Shown: piece by piece, positions 23,302-35,497 of the stretch | Layout: each line of letters opens with the position of its first letter | How positions within the stretch are numbered: position 1 is the stretch's first letter | Made by a program: the position numbers and the translations under genes | Origin: Laetmonice hystrix | Taxonomy: Eukaryota | Direction: 5' to 3' | Assembly: GCA_965235115.1 (NCBI GenBank) | Contig: OZ249440.1 | Span: 14,694,001-14,758,000 of the forward strand | Length of the DNA stretch: 64,000 nt | Notes under the pieces: generated by a model | Told to the model about the DNA's origin: nothing | The model's input: the letters and a program-made list of their open reading frames with translations, nothing else | Databases searched by the model: none

Positions 23302-25662
23302 TTGATTAATCATAAGTTTCATTTGGCCCGGTGTTGCCCATATTGAATCATTATCTCATAGGTCCTGAATGTAAGAGATCTATGATTAACCATGATCTAT
23401 GATTGGCCCGGTGTTGCCCATATTGAATCGTTATCTCATAGGTCCTGAATGTAAGAGATCTATGATTAACCATGATCTATGATTGGCCCGGTGTTGCCCA
23501 TAGTGAATCGTTATCTCATAGGTCCTGAATGTAAGAGATCTATGATTAACCATGATCTATGATTGGCCCGGTGTTGCCCATATTGAATCGTTATCTCATA
23601 GGTCCTGAATGTAAGAGATCTATGATTAACCATGATCTATGATTGGCCCGGTGTTGCCCATATTGAATCGTTATCTCATAGGTCCTGAATGTAAGAGATC
23701 TATGATTAACCATGATCTATGATTGGCTCGGTGTTGCCCATATTGAATCGTTATCTCATAGGTCCTGAATGTAAGAGATCTATGATTAACCATGATCTAT
23801 GATTGGCCCGGTGTTGTCCATATTGAATCGTTATCTCATAGGTCCTGAATGTAAGAGATCTATGATTAACCATGATCTATGATTGGCCCGGTGTTGCCCA
23901 TATTGAATCGTTATCTCATAGGTCCTGAATGTAAGAGATCTATGATTAACCATGATCTATGATTGGCCCGGTGTTGCCCATATTGAATCGTTATCTCATA
24001 GGTCCTGAATGTAAGAGATCTATGATTAACCATGATCTATGATTGGCTCGGTGTTGCCCATATTGAATCGTTATCTCATAGGTCCTGAATGTAAGAGATC
24101 TATGATTAACCATGATCTATGATTGGCTCGGTGTTGCCCATATTGAATCGTTATCTCATAGGTCCTGAATGTAAGAGATCTATGATTAACCATGATCTAT
24201 GATTGGCCCGGTGTTGTCCATATTGAATCGTTATCTCATAGGTCCTGAATGTAAGAGATCTATAGATGATTAACCATGATCTATGATTGGCCCGGTGTTG
24301 TCCATATTGAATCGTTATCTCATAGGTCCTGAATGTAAGAGATCTATAGATGATTAACCATGATCTATGATTGACCCGGTGTTGCCCATATTGAATCGTT
24401 ATCTCATAGGTCCTGAATGTAAGAGATCTATGATTAACCATGATCTATGATTGGCTCGGTGTTGCCCATATTGAATCGTTATCTCATAGGTCCTGAATGT
24501 AAGAGATCTATAGATGATTAACCATGATCTATGATTGACCCGGTGTTGCCCATATTGAATCGTTATCTCATAGGTCCTGAATGTAAGCGATCTATGGTTA
24601 ACCATGATCTATGATTGGCCCGGTGTTGCCCATATTGAATCGTTATCTCATAGGTCCTGAATGTAAGAGATCTATGATTAACCATGATCTATGATTGGCT
24701 CGGTGTTGCCCATATTGAATCGTTATCTCATAGGTCCTGAATGTAAGAGATCTATAGATGATTAACCATGATCTATGATTGACCCGGTGTTGCCCATATT
24801 GAATCATTATCTCATAGGTCCTGAATGTAAGAGATCTATGATTAACCATGATCTATGATTGGCCCGGTGTTGCCCATATTGAATCGTTATCTCATAGGTC
24901 CTGAATGTAAGAGATCTATGATTAACCATGATCTATGATTGGCCCGGTGTTGCCCATATTGAATCGTTATCTCATAGGTCCTGAATGTAAGAGATCTATG
25001 ATTAACCATGATCTATGATTGGCTCGGTGTTGCCCATATTGAATCGTTATCTCATAGGTCCTGAATGTAAGAGATCTATGATTAACCATGATCTATGATT
25101 GGCCCGGTGTTGTCCATATTGAATCGTTATCTCATAGGTCCTGAATGTAAGAGATCTATAGATGATTAACCATGATCTATGATTGGCCCGGTGTTGTCCA
25201 TATTGAATCGTTATCTCATAGGTCCTGAATGTAAGAGATCTATAGATGATTAACCATGATCTATGATTGACCCGGTGTTGCCCATATTGAATCGTTATCT
25301 CATAGGTCCTGAATGTAAGCGATCTATGATTAACTATGATCTATGATTGGCCCGGTGTTGCCCATATTGAATCGTTATCTCATAGGTCCTGAATGTAAGA
25401 GATCTATGATTAACCATGATCTATGATTGGCTCGGTGTTGCCCATATTGAATCGTTATCTCATAGGTCCTGAATGTAAGAGATCTATAGATGATTAACCA
25501 TGATCTATGATTGACCCGGTGTTGCCCATATTGAATCATTATCTCATAGGTCCTGAATGTAAGAGATCTATGATTAACCATGATCTATGATTGGCCCGGT
25601 GTTGCCCATAGTGAATCATTATCTCATAGGTCCTGAATGTAAGAGATCTATGATTAACCATG
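23302..25662. repeat. Tandem array of an 80-bp unit (84-bp variants), about 29 copies
   Basis: Unit ggcccggtgttgcccatattgaatcgttatctcataggtcctgaatgtaagagatctatgattaaccatgatctatgatt; near-identical contiguous copies with no spacers. Confidence 0.97.
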
Positions 25663-26357
25663 TAATATCGGAACTTTCCACTTTCACAGCACATATATAC
25701 AAAATATTAATTATCCTTCTTTGTGATATACTGATTTTAGCACACGCCTGGCTGCTCCCAGCGTGTGTTATAGGCCCAAAACCGTGAAATTATTAGAGCC
25801 ATAATTCACGGGTATGACGCGTCATGAATTGACCAATCGGAGAGGGTGCTCATTCGAATTCATTGTGTTTGCCTGTCCTCGCTTCAAGGTTGTCAATAGG
25901 TAGAACTAGCAACTAATGGAGTGTTAATGGCTGAGACTTCGCAGTTGTTATAGAATTACGAGAAGAAACCCGTCTGTATAGTTCAGTTGGGTCGTTTCGA
26001 TTCGATATGCCCACAGCGAACTCTGTTTACATCGTTTAAATGACGCGCCGAGTCCATTTGCCTAGTAGAGGGGATGGCGCTATTGCTGAATGCATGGCCT
26101 TAATGTTCCGTCCAATCAGAAAGCTCCTTTTATAGGCTCGCTAAGTCAATGAAAGTCACGTGATAACGATCGACTAATAGTGAAGCGTGGTACAAATCGG
26201 CCGGTTCAAAGGTCATTGTGGGAGGCCCCCCGACCTCAGAATGTAAACAAGATGTGGTGGCCACAGTTGCTGAATGAAATCGCCGGTAAAAGCTCAACTG
26301 GGTGTAGTTTTGGCACTGTTTGAATTGTTTATAGTTATAGGTTGTGTGCTAAAGTAA

Positions 26358-26472
26358 ATAAAGCACTGCCAGAGCCAGTCTCGACGTTGTTCTGGCGATA
26401 TAATGCACTCGCCTTCGGCTCGTGCATTATTTCGCCATAACAACGTCTCGACTGGCTCTGACAGTGCTTTAT
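26358..26472. repeat. Long near-perfect palindrome (foldback/MITE-like)
   Basis: ~50-bp arms (ataaagcactgccagagccagt...taatgca / tgcatta...actggctctgacagtgctttat) around ctcgccttcggctcg. Confidence 0.8.
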
Positions 26473-28359
26473 CCACTAAATAATCCCTGGGGATTTTTCT
26501 TCAGATTATATAGATAAAATGACGGCGCTGCACATGGCATATTCTCACGTTCGTTTATCATTCTCGATCATGTCAATGGGGGCTTCCACCGTATACACGG
26601 TATTCTACTGACAAGTTTATGGGGTTTCAGATACCAAAGGCTTAGAAACATAGTTTCGAAATGAAACGTTTTCTTGTTGATAACTTTATTTGGCCTCTTG
26701 GAACGCCTAACAACATCCCACGTATGTGCATGTTAAGGAAGGAAACGCGCAATGTCTTTCTGAATTAGAAGCACCCCATTGAACGTGGCAAGAAAATAAA
26801 AAGTTCGGCAGATTCAAGTGTGCCACTCCTGTTTCATTATTCAACGCGCGCTCCCTTCTCTAATGGTCGGGTCCTCTGTAGTGGTGGCATCAGTTTGTCC
26901 AAATCGATTTCGATAGCGTTTCTCTGTCTCTGGGGGACTTCAGTCAGCTTAATGCCTGACATGCCAATTGCCTTGGAGTCTTTGAGGCCTCTTCAGAAAG
27001 GCCACTATCCTGGGGCAGGTAAATAGGCCTGGACTGACACCCCCCCCCCCCCCCCACGCTAGGTCCAAGCTTGGCTCGTACAGAGAGACTGGTCGAATGG
27101 TCCGTTGGCAGGTCATGTCCTTCGTCCACGACTGATTGTTATCAGCTTGGTGCGGACGGTCGGCGACGTTGACAAGAAGGCCTCCTTCTGCGTTAACTGG
27201 CTCTGTGCAGCTTCCCTTGATGTCTGTGAGACCAGCGACGGCACGAGATGGAAAAAAAGGGAACTTTCCTCACAAGTCAGGCGCCTGTTTAAAGCCGAGG
27301 TGTCGTGGCTGAATGTGGCTGGATTTTGAAGGCGGTGGGGATGAATGAAGATGGGCAGTGGATGGGGGAGGGGGTGTTCTTTATAATATAATAATTATAT
27401 GGCTGCATTCAGTCGGCATGTCTGGGGCATACATCATATTCCCCGACCCACAGTCGATGGTGGCCATTTCCCACATTGTTTTAAACGAATATTGTAGTGT
27501 TAGCCTTCGAATTGGAATCCAGATTGCCACACAATACTTTCGCACATGGCCGCCACATTTGTTACAGCCATTATGCCTGAAAACTGAAAGATAGAGCTCG
27601 AGTTACCATGCTCTTGTCGTTGATGAAGTCAAATAATGCAATAACTGGTTGTATCAATAAGTATTAGCTTTTTTGACGTCTGCAGGTGCCGTCAAAATTA
27701 AATATATCGTTTACAAAGGTATTGCTTCGTGTCCTCAACAAAAAAGCTTTTGGTCACGTCCTATAGCCATTTCGTCCCATTTCGTCTTTCATACGCTATA
27801 GCCTACATAATGATAATGTGACGTAAAATCTAATTTACACAACCATTAGAGTAGACGATCAACTTGATGATCTCCATCTAACTGAGGACACTGGTGATTT
27901 ATTGACATACATCTCATCTTGCTGTCAGATTATTGAAAATTAAATCCTCCTCCAATCGCACGGTATCGCCGTGCGATAGCGTCAACATGACTTTACCAGT
28001 CAGTGGTTTATTGGATATTCACACTATAAGTACAAGTAGGCCTATTCACAATGAAGCCCAACTATGTTTGTAATTGTGCCATACATTTTACAACTATTCC
28101 CTCTACATTCGAAAGATACCTGGCTGCACGAAAGTGGAAATAATGTAGTAAGGAGGCGTGCATCTCGGTAACAAAGGAGCTCAGTGGATGGGCCGGATGT
28201 AAACACTAACCTTTGCAAATATCTGTATATTCTTACTTACACCGAGATATGCGCGTTTCCGTGAAATGTTAGCTGTATTCGATAAAAGGTCGCGAAAATG
28301 TTTTCCCTATTAGGCTACTACTTCATATTGTGACGTTGCTTACGTTGAGGTACCGGGTT

Positions 28360-28623
28360 CACTGGCGGATCCAGGATTTCACTAAAGGGGGGGGGGGCAC
28401 AGAAAAGCAATTCATGATTGCTTGCATTACTAATTAAAGCTCATGCTCTTGAATGAGAGTTTTAGAGGTATAGGCCTACATAATGGCTCGGGGTTTCCCT
28501 GAGACACACCGTCAGTGTTAAAATGAAAAATGTTAAAAATGAGTAGGCTATAGCCGTGTAGGCATATTTAGTGAAGCTAAAGTGGGGCACGTGCCCCCCC
28601 CCCCCCCTCTGGATCCACCTTTG
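28360..28623. mobile_element. Non-autonomous TIR element with a 5-bp TSD
   Basis: Ends cactggcggatccagga / tctggatccacctttg with subterminal poly-G/poly-C; gggtt duplicated at 28355-28359 and 28624-28628. Confidence 0.6.
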
Positions 28624-29770
28624 GGGTTAAAGAAGAGTCTGAAGTAGACTTGCAACTACGGGTAGACAAATTCTCGTTTATGCATAGGCCTAAATGGGGT
28701 GGAGGCCTACTCCACGGATTGAGCAGATGTAGATCTCGTATTAAAAAGACGGTTTTGCAAATATCAGGTTTCATTTATCGAAACGATTTCTGGAAAGTAA
28801 GCAGTAGAAAGGGCTACAGATAGCCTAGATAAAATAGAGCTGGATTTGGCTCGAGTACCACAGTGCATGGTTTCCACTCCTTCCGGCACATGGCAGAGTT
28901 TTCCCCCGTAGCCACGTTTGCATTTCCGGACTTGGTGCACCGTGTATTATGGTGGGTAGATTAAATATAAATAGGGTCCCTTCGGCTGCTTCTTTGAAGA
29001 TTAGGAGATTGGCCGCACATTTCGACGTCGCATCCCACCTACGCCAAGCAATTTCCCTCTTCATTTGTAATTTACAGGTGCCTTTAGAAACCTCCCGATT
29101 CGTTCTGGGTATAATAATTTAACTCCAGACATTGTCATCTTTTGAGCCCGGAATCCAATTGCTCAAGGTCGGGCCGATTCCAGTAGGATCCCTTTTCTTC
29201 TTGCTGCGATCTGAACGTTTATTAGATCGGGACGAGAAACCATGGGGGCACGTGAGCCAAAAGTACGGTGACACAAAACTACAAACTTATCCGATTCGAA
29301 ATGGCTCTACTTTCGGTCGGATCCAGTCCTCTTCAGGTTCATCCATTTCGTTCCTATTGGTATGCAGGCTCAAGTCGGTGTAGCCTGGTCCCCTGTGCCT
29401 ACCAGACGCATCCGCTATGTTAGGCCAGGTGCTGGCTGACCAAAAACCGCGAAACGAAAGTGATTAAACTCCAAACACTTCCGCTTCCGTTCCGTTGGTC
29501 AGCGTTAACACAAACAGAGTGGCCGACTTCTGCTTGGAGCGTGGCCGGGAGTGGCCGACATGCCCATGTGTATGCAGACCGTAGCAGATGTGGGGACCGA
29601 TGACGCTATGTTTACATCCAGAAAAGCGAGGACATTTAACACTTGTATTTTAAAGGGATTTACGAAAATATCTGTATCTTGTTGGAGAAATACGGAGGGT
29701 GCGGAACTACCTCGTTTGCGTCCATGTTTTCGATGGGCCAATGACAATGCTCGCTTCGATTAGCCTTCAC

Positions 29771-30294
29771 CCAATCTCCCATGAGACATTGCGCGTAGCT
29801 TCAGTCTCTGCCACCACTCCCTTTTTACGCGCTGATTCCTCACATATCAAACTCTTTCTCCAAGTTTCTTAATTACTACTTATGGGAATTCCTAGCTACC
29901 CTATCCGAATAGAGAAAGGTTTAAGGAGCCCAACAAATTTATTTACAATACAGATGTACCCCAAATACGGAAGGAACTATTAAAGGATAGTGGAACTATT
30001 TTTTGCGCGAAGTTGTCCATTGTTTACGAGTGGTGTAATAGAGTGTTTACTCGGGTCACCAACCAAGGGGACTTTCCGACATTTCGCCACTGTGACACAA
30101 GATCAATGCCTCAACTTGCTGTATAGTCGCAAAACATGTTAAACTCAACACCTGTCAAGTCTACATAATATTATTTACTGAACGATGGTGGGTGTAATTT
30201 TTTGCCGGGATTGCCTCGAATCGACAGCGATCACCGCGGCCCGGGTTTTCTGGGTCATCAGGAAAAACACGCGCAATGTCTCATGGGAGATTGG
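29771..30294. mobile_element. Element bounded by a perfect 26-bp inverted repeat
   Basis: ccaatctcccatgagacattgcgcgt (29771-29796) and its exact reverse complement (30269-30294). Confidence 0.6.
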
Positions 30295-32429
30295 CGCTAC
30301 GTCCGGGGTCATTCGGAAAACCTTGGCCCAACTTCCGGTTGTGGTCTCGGACGTCGCAAGCCGTAGAGATATGACAGTGATTCCACGGGTTTGGGCACAT
30401 CACAACTCGCGTAGTGCGCAACGGCGCAGTAGTTCATAGATCTTCGGTATTCGGCCTAACGGGGGATTGTTAATTGGAAAGATGGATAATTTCCGAAGAT
30501 TTGCAGTCTCGATCGTTCTTAGCAGCCGCGACACATTCAGTTTTGCAGTATTTATGAAATCATACGACTTTACTAGCTTGCATCAACATAAGAAATGACG
30601 TCATACGCCCGAAGGAATCCCGAGGGAAACCCGAGTGAGACAGCGCGTCGGTGGGAAGAACGTTGACCTCCGTCTGACGATAAACAATGCCAATAGGAAT
30701 GTCAACATCTAAAAAAGTATCTATAGAGACCTAAATAGATTTTCTCTGATGTCTAATCCACTTGTCGGAGGTATCAAGCCCCTGAAAACCCCCACGAATG
30801 AACACATAGAAACTGAGTTAAAGGCCCAAGGTTAATTCCTCAAAAACGTACCAGTAACACTGTAATATTTCCAGGGTCTAACGATAACTGAATGTATTTA
30901 GAATATGAAGTTACTTACGTATAGGCCTATAGCCTGCGGTCCGCGACCTCTAGTTTTGAAGCCAGATGGGGTGGAGGCACTCGGAACGAGCGAGGCTGAT
31001 TCTGATTGGCTGTTTCTAGGTCACATCGGGAGGCGAGTCATTCGGGAATCCTCGGTCATATCTTCGAAAGTAGCCTCGGGTGAAATAGGCGCCATTTTAA
31101 GCATTGCATCGCGGGTACATTTAGACGGGCCTGTCGCCAGCATGGCAGTGCTTGCAGTATTTTACCTGCATCAGGCATGGAAGCAACTAAAATAGGCCTC
31201 CAGCGCTTTCCCCAAAGTCAGTGAGCAATATTACGATAGTATCGTCTTTATGATACAAGTAGTCCTACCATGTGTCGTGGTGTTGTCGTTCATGGGCGCG
31301 GCCATATTGCTTCCAATAATTTGATAAATGACCGTATCACGCCCATATTTAGGTAAATTAGGTGATTCATTTTTCTACTTCAAACGTTTCCCTTCATACC
31401 AGAAATTTATATTTGTACAAACAACGCCGAAGGAGCAGGTGTCAATAATGCACTACTTCCTGGCTCGATGGGACATGACGGTTCACTCAGTGCCTCGCTA
31501 CACAAGTCGATTTCGCCATGTATCTGGCTGCCAATGGCGCCCATTTCACCCGAGGGTATATGCAGAAATGACGTCATAAGCCCGAGGGAATCCCGAATGG
31601 AGGCGAGTCAGGCCTCGGATGTGTGAAGCCGCTATATTCCAAGGTAAATACATGTATTCGAGTTTCCCCCTACGCACAGGCACATAGTTCAAATCTAATT
31701 TCTCAACATAGGTCTACCTATCCCTCTCGAATTTTCTACCGTGGGAGCAAAACAGTCTCTTCTTTATCTGCGGCTGCGAGCAAACCAGATATTCTAGCTC
31801 TGTAAATCCCCCCCCCCCCTGAATGTGCCCTTCAAATATAGACGCGTCGGCAACTAAGGCCATCTCAGGCCGGGTCGGTTGACGTAAATATGGAGAACGC
31901 ATTAGAACATAGGCCTAGTCAGACAACAATATGGTTGGAGGGCCATCAGTAGTTCGGTCCCTATATTGTTCTACGATATGCTACATCTGTATCTTCCCAG
32001 CCGTGATAAATGTGTATGGTATTGCTGCCATTGTAAAAGAAAATGTTATTGTTTTTATTCTATACACCTGCAGTATATCAGTGGCGAATTCAGGGGTGTC
32101 TCCACCTCAGTTTTATCGTTTAACATAATGGTTAATTGGGGCGTGTGGTACAAATTTCAGATAAATAGGCCAAAACGTCTCAAATACGGCCTATACTGCC
32201 ATTTTAAAAACTGCATGTCAAAAACTGCAATGCCGGACCAGGGAAATGAACATGGTGCTTCACGGCTCAGGTATAGGGTTGGCGCCACTGTGTCTGAATG
32301 ACGTGACATCAAGATTCCGTCAATGAAATATCAGCTGCAAAAACAGGTGGACACATTTCATCAGAAACTTTCACACAGAGCAGGTTGTTTCCGAAAGTTT
32401 CAGCATGGTGTTCAGTTATGATGACAGAG

Positions 32430-32596
32430 CAGGGGCGGATCCAGGATTTTGGTAAGTAAAGGGAAAGTGGGGTGGGGTGGGGTGTTAGGGGGAGAATTTG
32501 CTTTAGGAGGTTCAGCATGGTCAATTAAGAAAGTTCTTTAGGGAAAAAAGAAAAATCGATTGCCAAGGGGGTTTAACCCTCCTAACCCCCTAACTG
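32430..32596. mobile_element. Degenerate relative of the 28360 family with a 5-bp TSD
   Basis: Left end caggggcggatccaggattt, degenerate right end; cagag duplicated at 32425-32429 and 32597-32601. Confidence 0.45.
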
Positions 32597-35497
32597 CAGA
32601 GCTGTTATTGAAGCTTGTTATCTGGAAAAAGGATGGGTTTACACCATTTAGGATTCCCTCTGTGAAAAGGTCTACAAATGTCGCAAACTAAAATTCACGA
32701 AGAACGACCCGCGGAGAAAATTCGGGAAAGGTGAGAGGAAATTATTCTGGAAGAAGTCAAGAAGTCAGTCGGGTCGTTCAAAATGAGACTTACGGCGAGG
32801 TGTGAACAGGGCGGAGGTCACATCGATCACCGTTTCAACAGGAATAGGGAGGTGAAACTTGCATGGCTCTCCGGCATTGCATTTTTCGACATTTGATGTA
32901 TGATTCATTGCTAGTTGCCACTTATTAAAGAGATTTTGACCTATATGCCTGAAATTCTTACTACAAAATGCTATTGTAGAAGCTATAGTGAAGTAAAGAG
33001 GGTTCCAGTTTATGTTGCCCCCCCCCCCCCCCGATATAGATCTATAGGCCCTACTATGCTCGTGAGACAGAACCATGGGAGATTTGTTCACGACTGCTTG
33101 CGATTGCGCAGGTTCGAACTGTCATTAAAACGTTACTGTCATCTCATTTCTCAACACCAATGTTCAGTTATACCATTCTGAAAAGTTCCACACTGGCATG
33201 CAAGGCCGCGCCATGACTCATCCAGGGATATTTGCGTGCCGACGGTGGAAGAGAACGAAGGAATACTTGGACTTGTGTCCCTGTTCGGGGTAGCACGATT
33301 AAAAGATCGGCATCAGATAAACTGATCTGCTGTACACTGTTGGCAGATTCAGCCTATAGCGCGGGTCGGAACGTGCGCTAAATGATGTCGGCCAAGTGGC
33401 TGTCGACCTACGTGTCTCACATCATGACGTTCAATAGACAGAGCGTGCACAGATCCGTCGACGAGGATTCAAAACTGACGCGTTATTTGCTATTGCCATG
33501 ATCGGCCGTTCACGAACGCTCCGCAACTCCAGCCCGACATCAAGCGTGTGACTTTTGCTTCCAACGAAAGGGAAAAGAAGATGATGAAGGAGAAGAAGAG
33601 AAGAATGATAAGTAGAAGCAGTAGGCGACTCCGTTAGAAGGGTACAATGCCTGCACTGGTGCTGCCAACCACTTGCTTGATGAACGTTACTGAAGGCGGG
33701 CAGCGGCCAGTCAGTCGGTGGTTTTCTTGGATTTACTTTGGTGAATCGGCGCGGCTCGTACTTCTCATCGTCCCTCGTTCACTTCCCACATCAAAGAGAT
33801 CCGATCGGGAAGGAAATGCAGAAAGTCTCCTGTGCTTAACACTGGGATTCGTTGGAAGAATTTCCATATACGTGGATATGGGAATGAAATCGTTATAAAC
33901 TCTACACCTCGCTGTATTCTCTCCGAGAGATATATTGCAAGGATCCATACTGGAAAAAGGAAACACACAATGAAGTCGCACCACATTTCAACTTCGGACG
34001 GTCCCGGACAAAAAGGCAGTGGGCTGGATTCATGATCTCAACCTAGAGAACTGCCAGGTGACCCCAGCCCTCACCCATCTTTTGTGACCTAGACTAGTTC
34101 TCGATCTGTTGGGGAGACTTGGTCACAGTTCCTTTGGCTTTGACAGGTTATACTCCGTATTACCAACTCATATGTCTGACCTACTATATGGTAAGTGCAC
34201 ACTGTCATTATAACAATACACACTTCCTTATATAGCCCTTCCCAATATGTTACTCTGGTCATCCTCTCACATGTCGGCACAATATTCCGAATAGTCCGAA
34301 AAAAACCTTTCTTGGGTGATTTTTATGTTCATCATCTTCACGTTTTCGTTTCAAAAGCAGATGGCACCCTCCAGATCCCTCATAACACTTGAGACGAAAT
34401 AGCGCTCTTTAAAATAAATTTGTTTGACATTTTCGGAAATTATTTTCGTTCTTATCCTCTGGTTGTTCCAATTTCAGGAAATGTCTCTGCCGAAAAAAAT
34501 ACAATAAAACGCTTCATGAAAGACAATTTCTGATACCCGTGCGAGGAAAACTAATTTTTCATTTATTCATTTATCTATCTATTTTTGCTGGTTTCCAACA
34601 CAAAGGTGATATTTCTTTATCCTTTCTACAGAAAGCCTCAGTGTTTCGATAGCCGTAGTCAACGACGGCGGTGATGTGGCACGCCTCGAGCTAGTCAAAA
34701 CCTGCCGTTAGGTTGACATTGGGCAGTCCCTAATAACACGTGCCTCGGAAAACACCTTGATGTCAGTCCTGCAAGATCCATGTTCGTCAATTTCCAATGA
34801 CGTGCTGAAATGTTGTGTGATTGCGGTCGGTCGCCTTTGGGCGTTTGCCGTTTGTGCGATATAGCACTATAACGGGTCAGTCAGCATACGGGCAGCATAC
34901 TGATGGTTAGACCGCCCCCAAACTTCACTCCAGTGACCAAACTTGGAACAGAGAATGACGCTGTATGAATGCCTGCAAATGGATATACCTGCGTCGTCAC
35001 TGAGCCTGCAGCAGACGGCATCCAGCGTGTCGTCCGATGATCAGAGGGGAGCAGATAACATGAGCCTTCACAGGGCCGTTTGATTGGTTCGCCCTGCAGC
35101 AACAAGGCAGCATTTGGATTTGGAGATAGCGGCTTCTGTAATTATGTGTCCGTCGACTGCAGAAACCGGAATGTCTTGATGAATGTTATTATCCATATTG
35201 CTCGTGAATCATTATTGGGAGTGCTGCAGGAAGTGTTTCTGCGAGGATAGGATATACCACTTGGATTACAATGGATTGATGACGGTGCTAGGACAATGAG
35301 GCTACTACGGAGTAACAAGGAAATGCTCTCCTGCGTGGCGATTGTGCGGCGCAGACCAAACTACCCTAACTGCCTTCCCTCATCTGCCGGGACAAACGCG
35401 AGCAATTTGTAAGTTGCTAATACTAATAGCCAAGCCCGCCTAAACATAAAAATAACCACTTAAGCAAGTCGGACGACTTTAACATGAGTTTCCAACG

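Noticed and set aside
23302-25662. Possible CRISPR array or repeat-protein ORFs
   Set aside because: Contiguous units with no unique spacers, eukaryotic context and no cas genes; the ORFs are by-products of the repeat.
29100-29400. Coding-looking minus-strand stretch (MDEPEEDWIRPK...; SQQEEKGSYWNRPDLEQLDSGLKR)
   Set aside because: All frames close quickly, there is no consistent splice path, and I recognise no homology.
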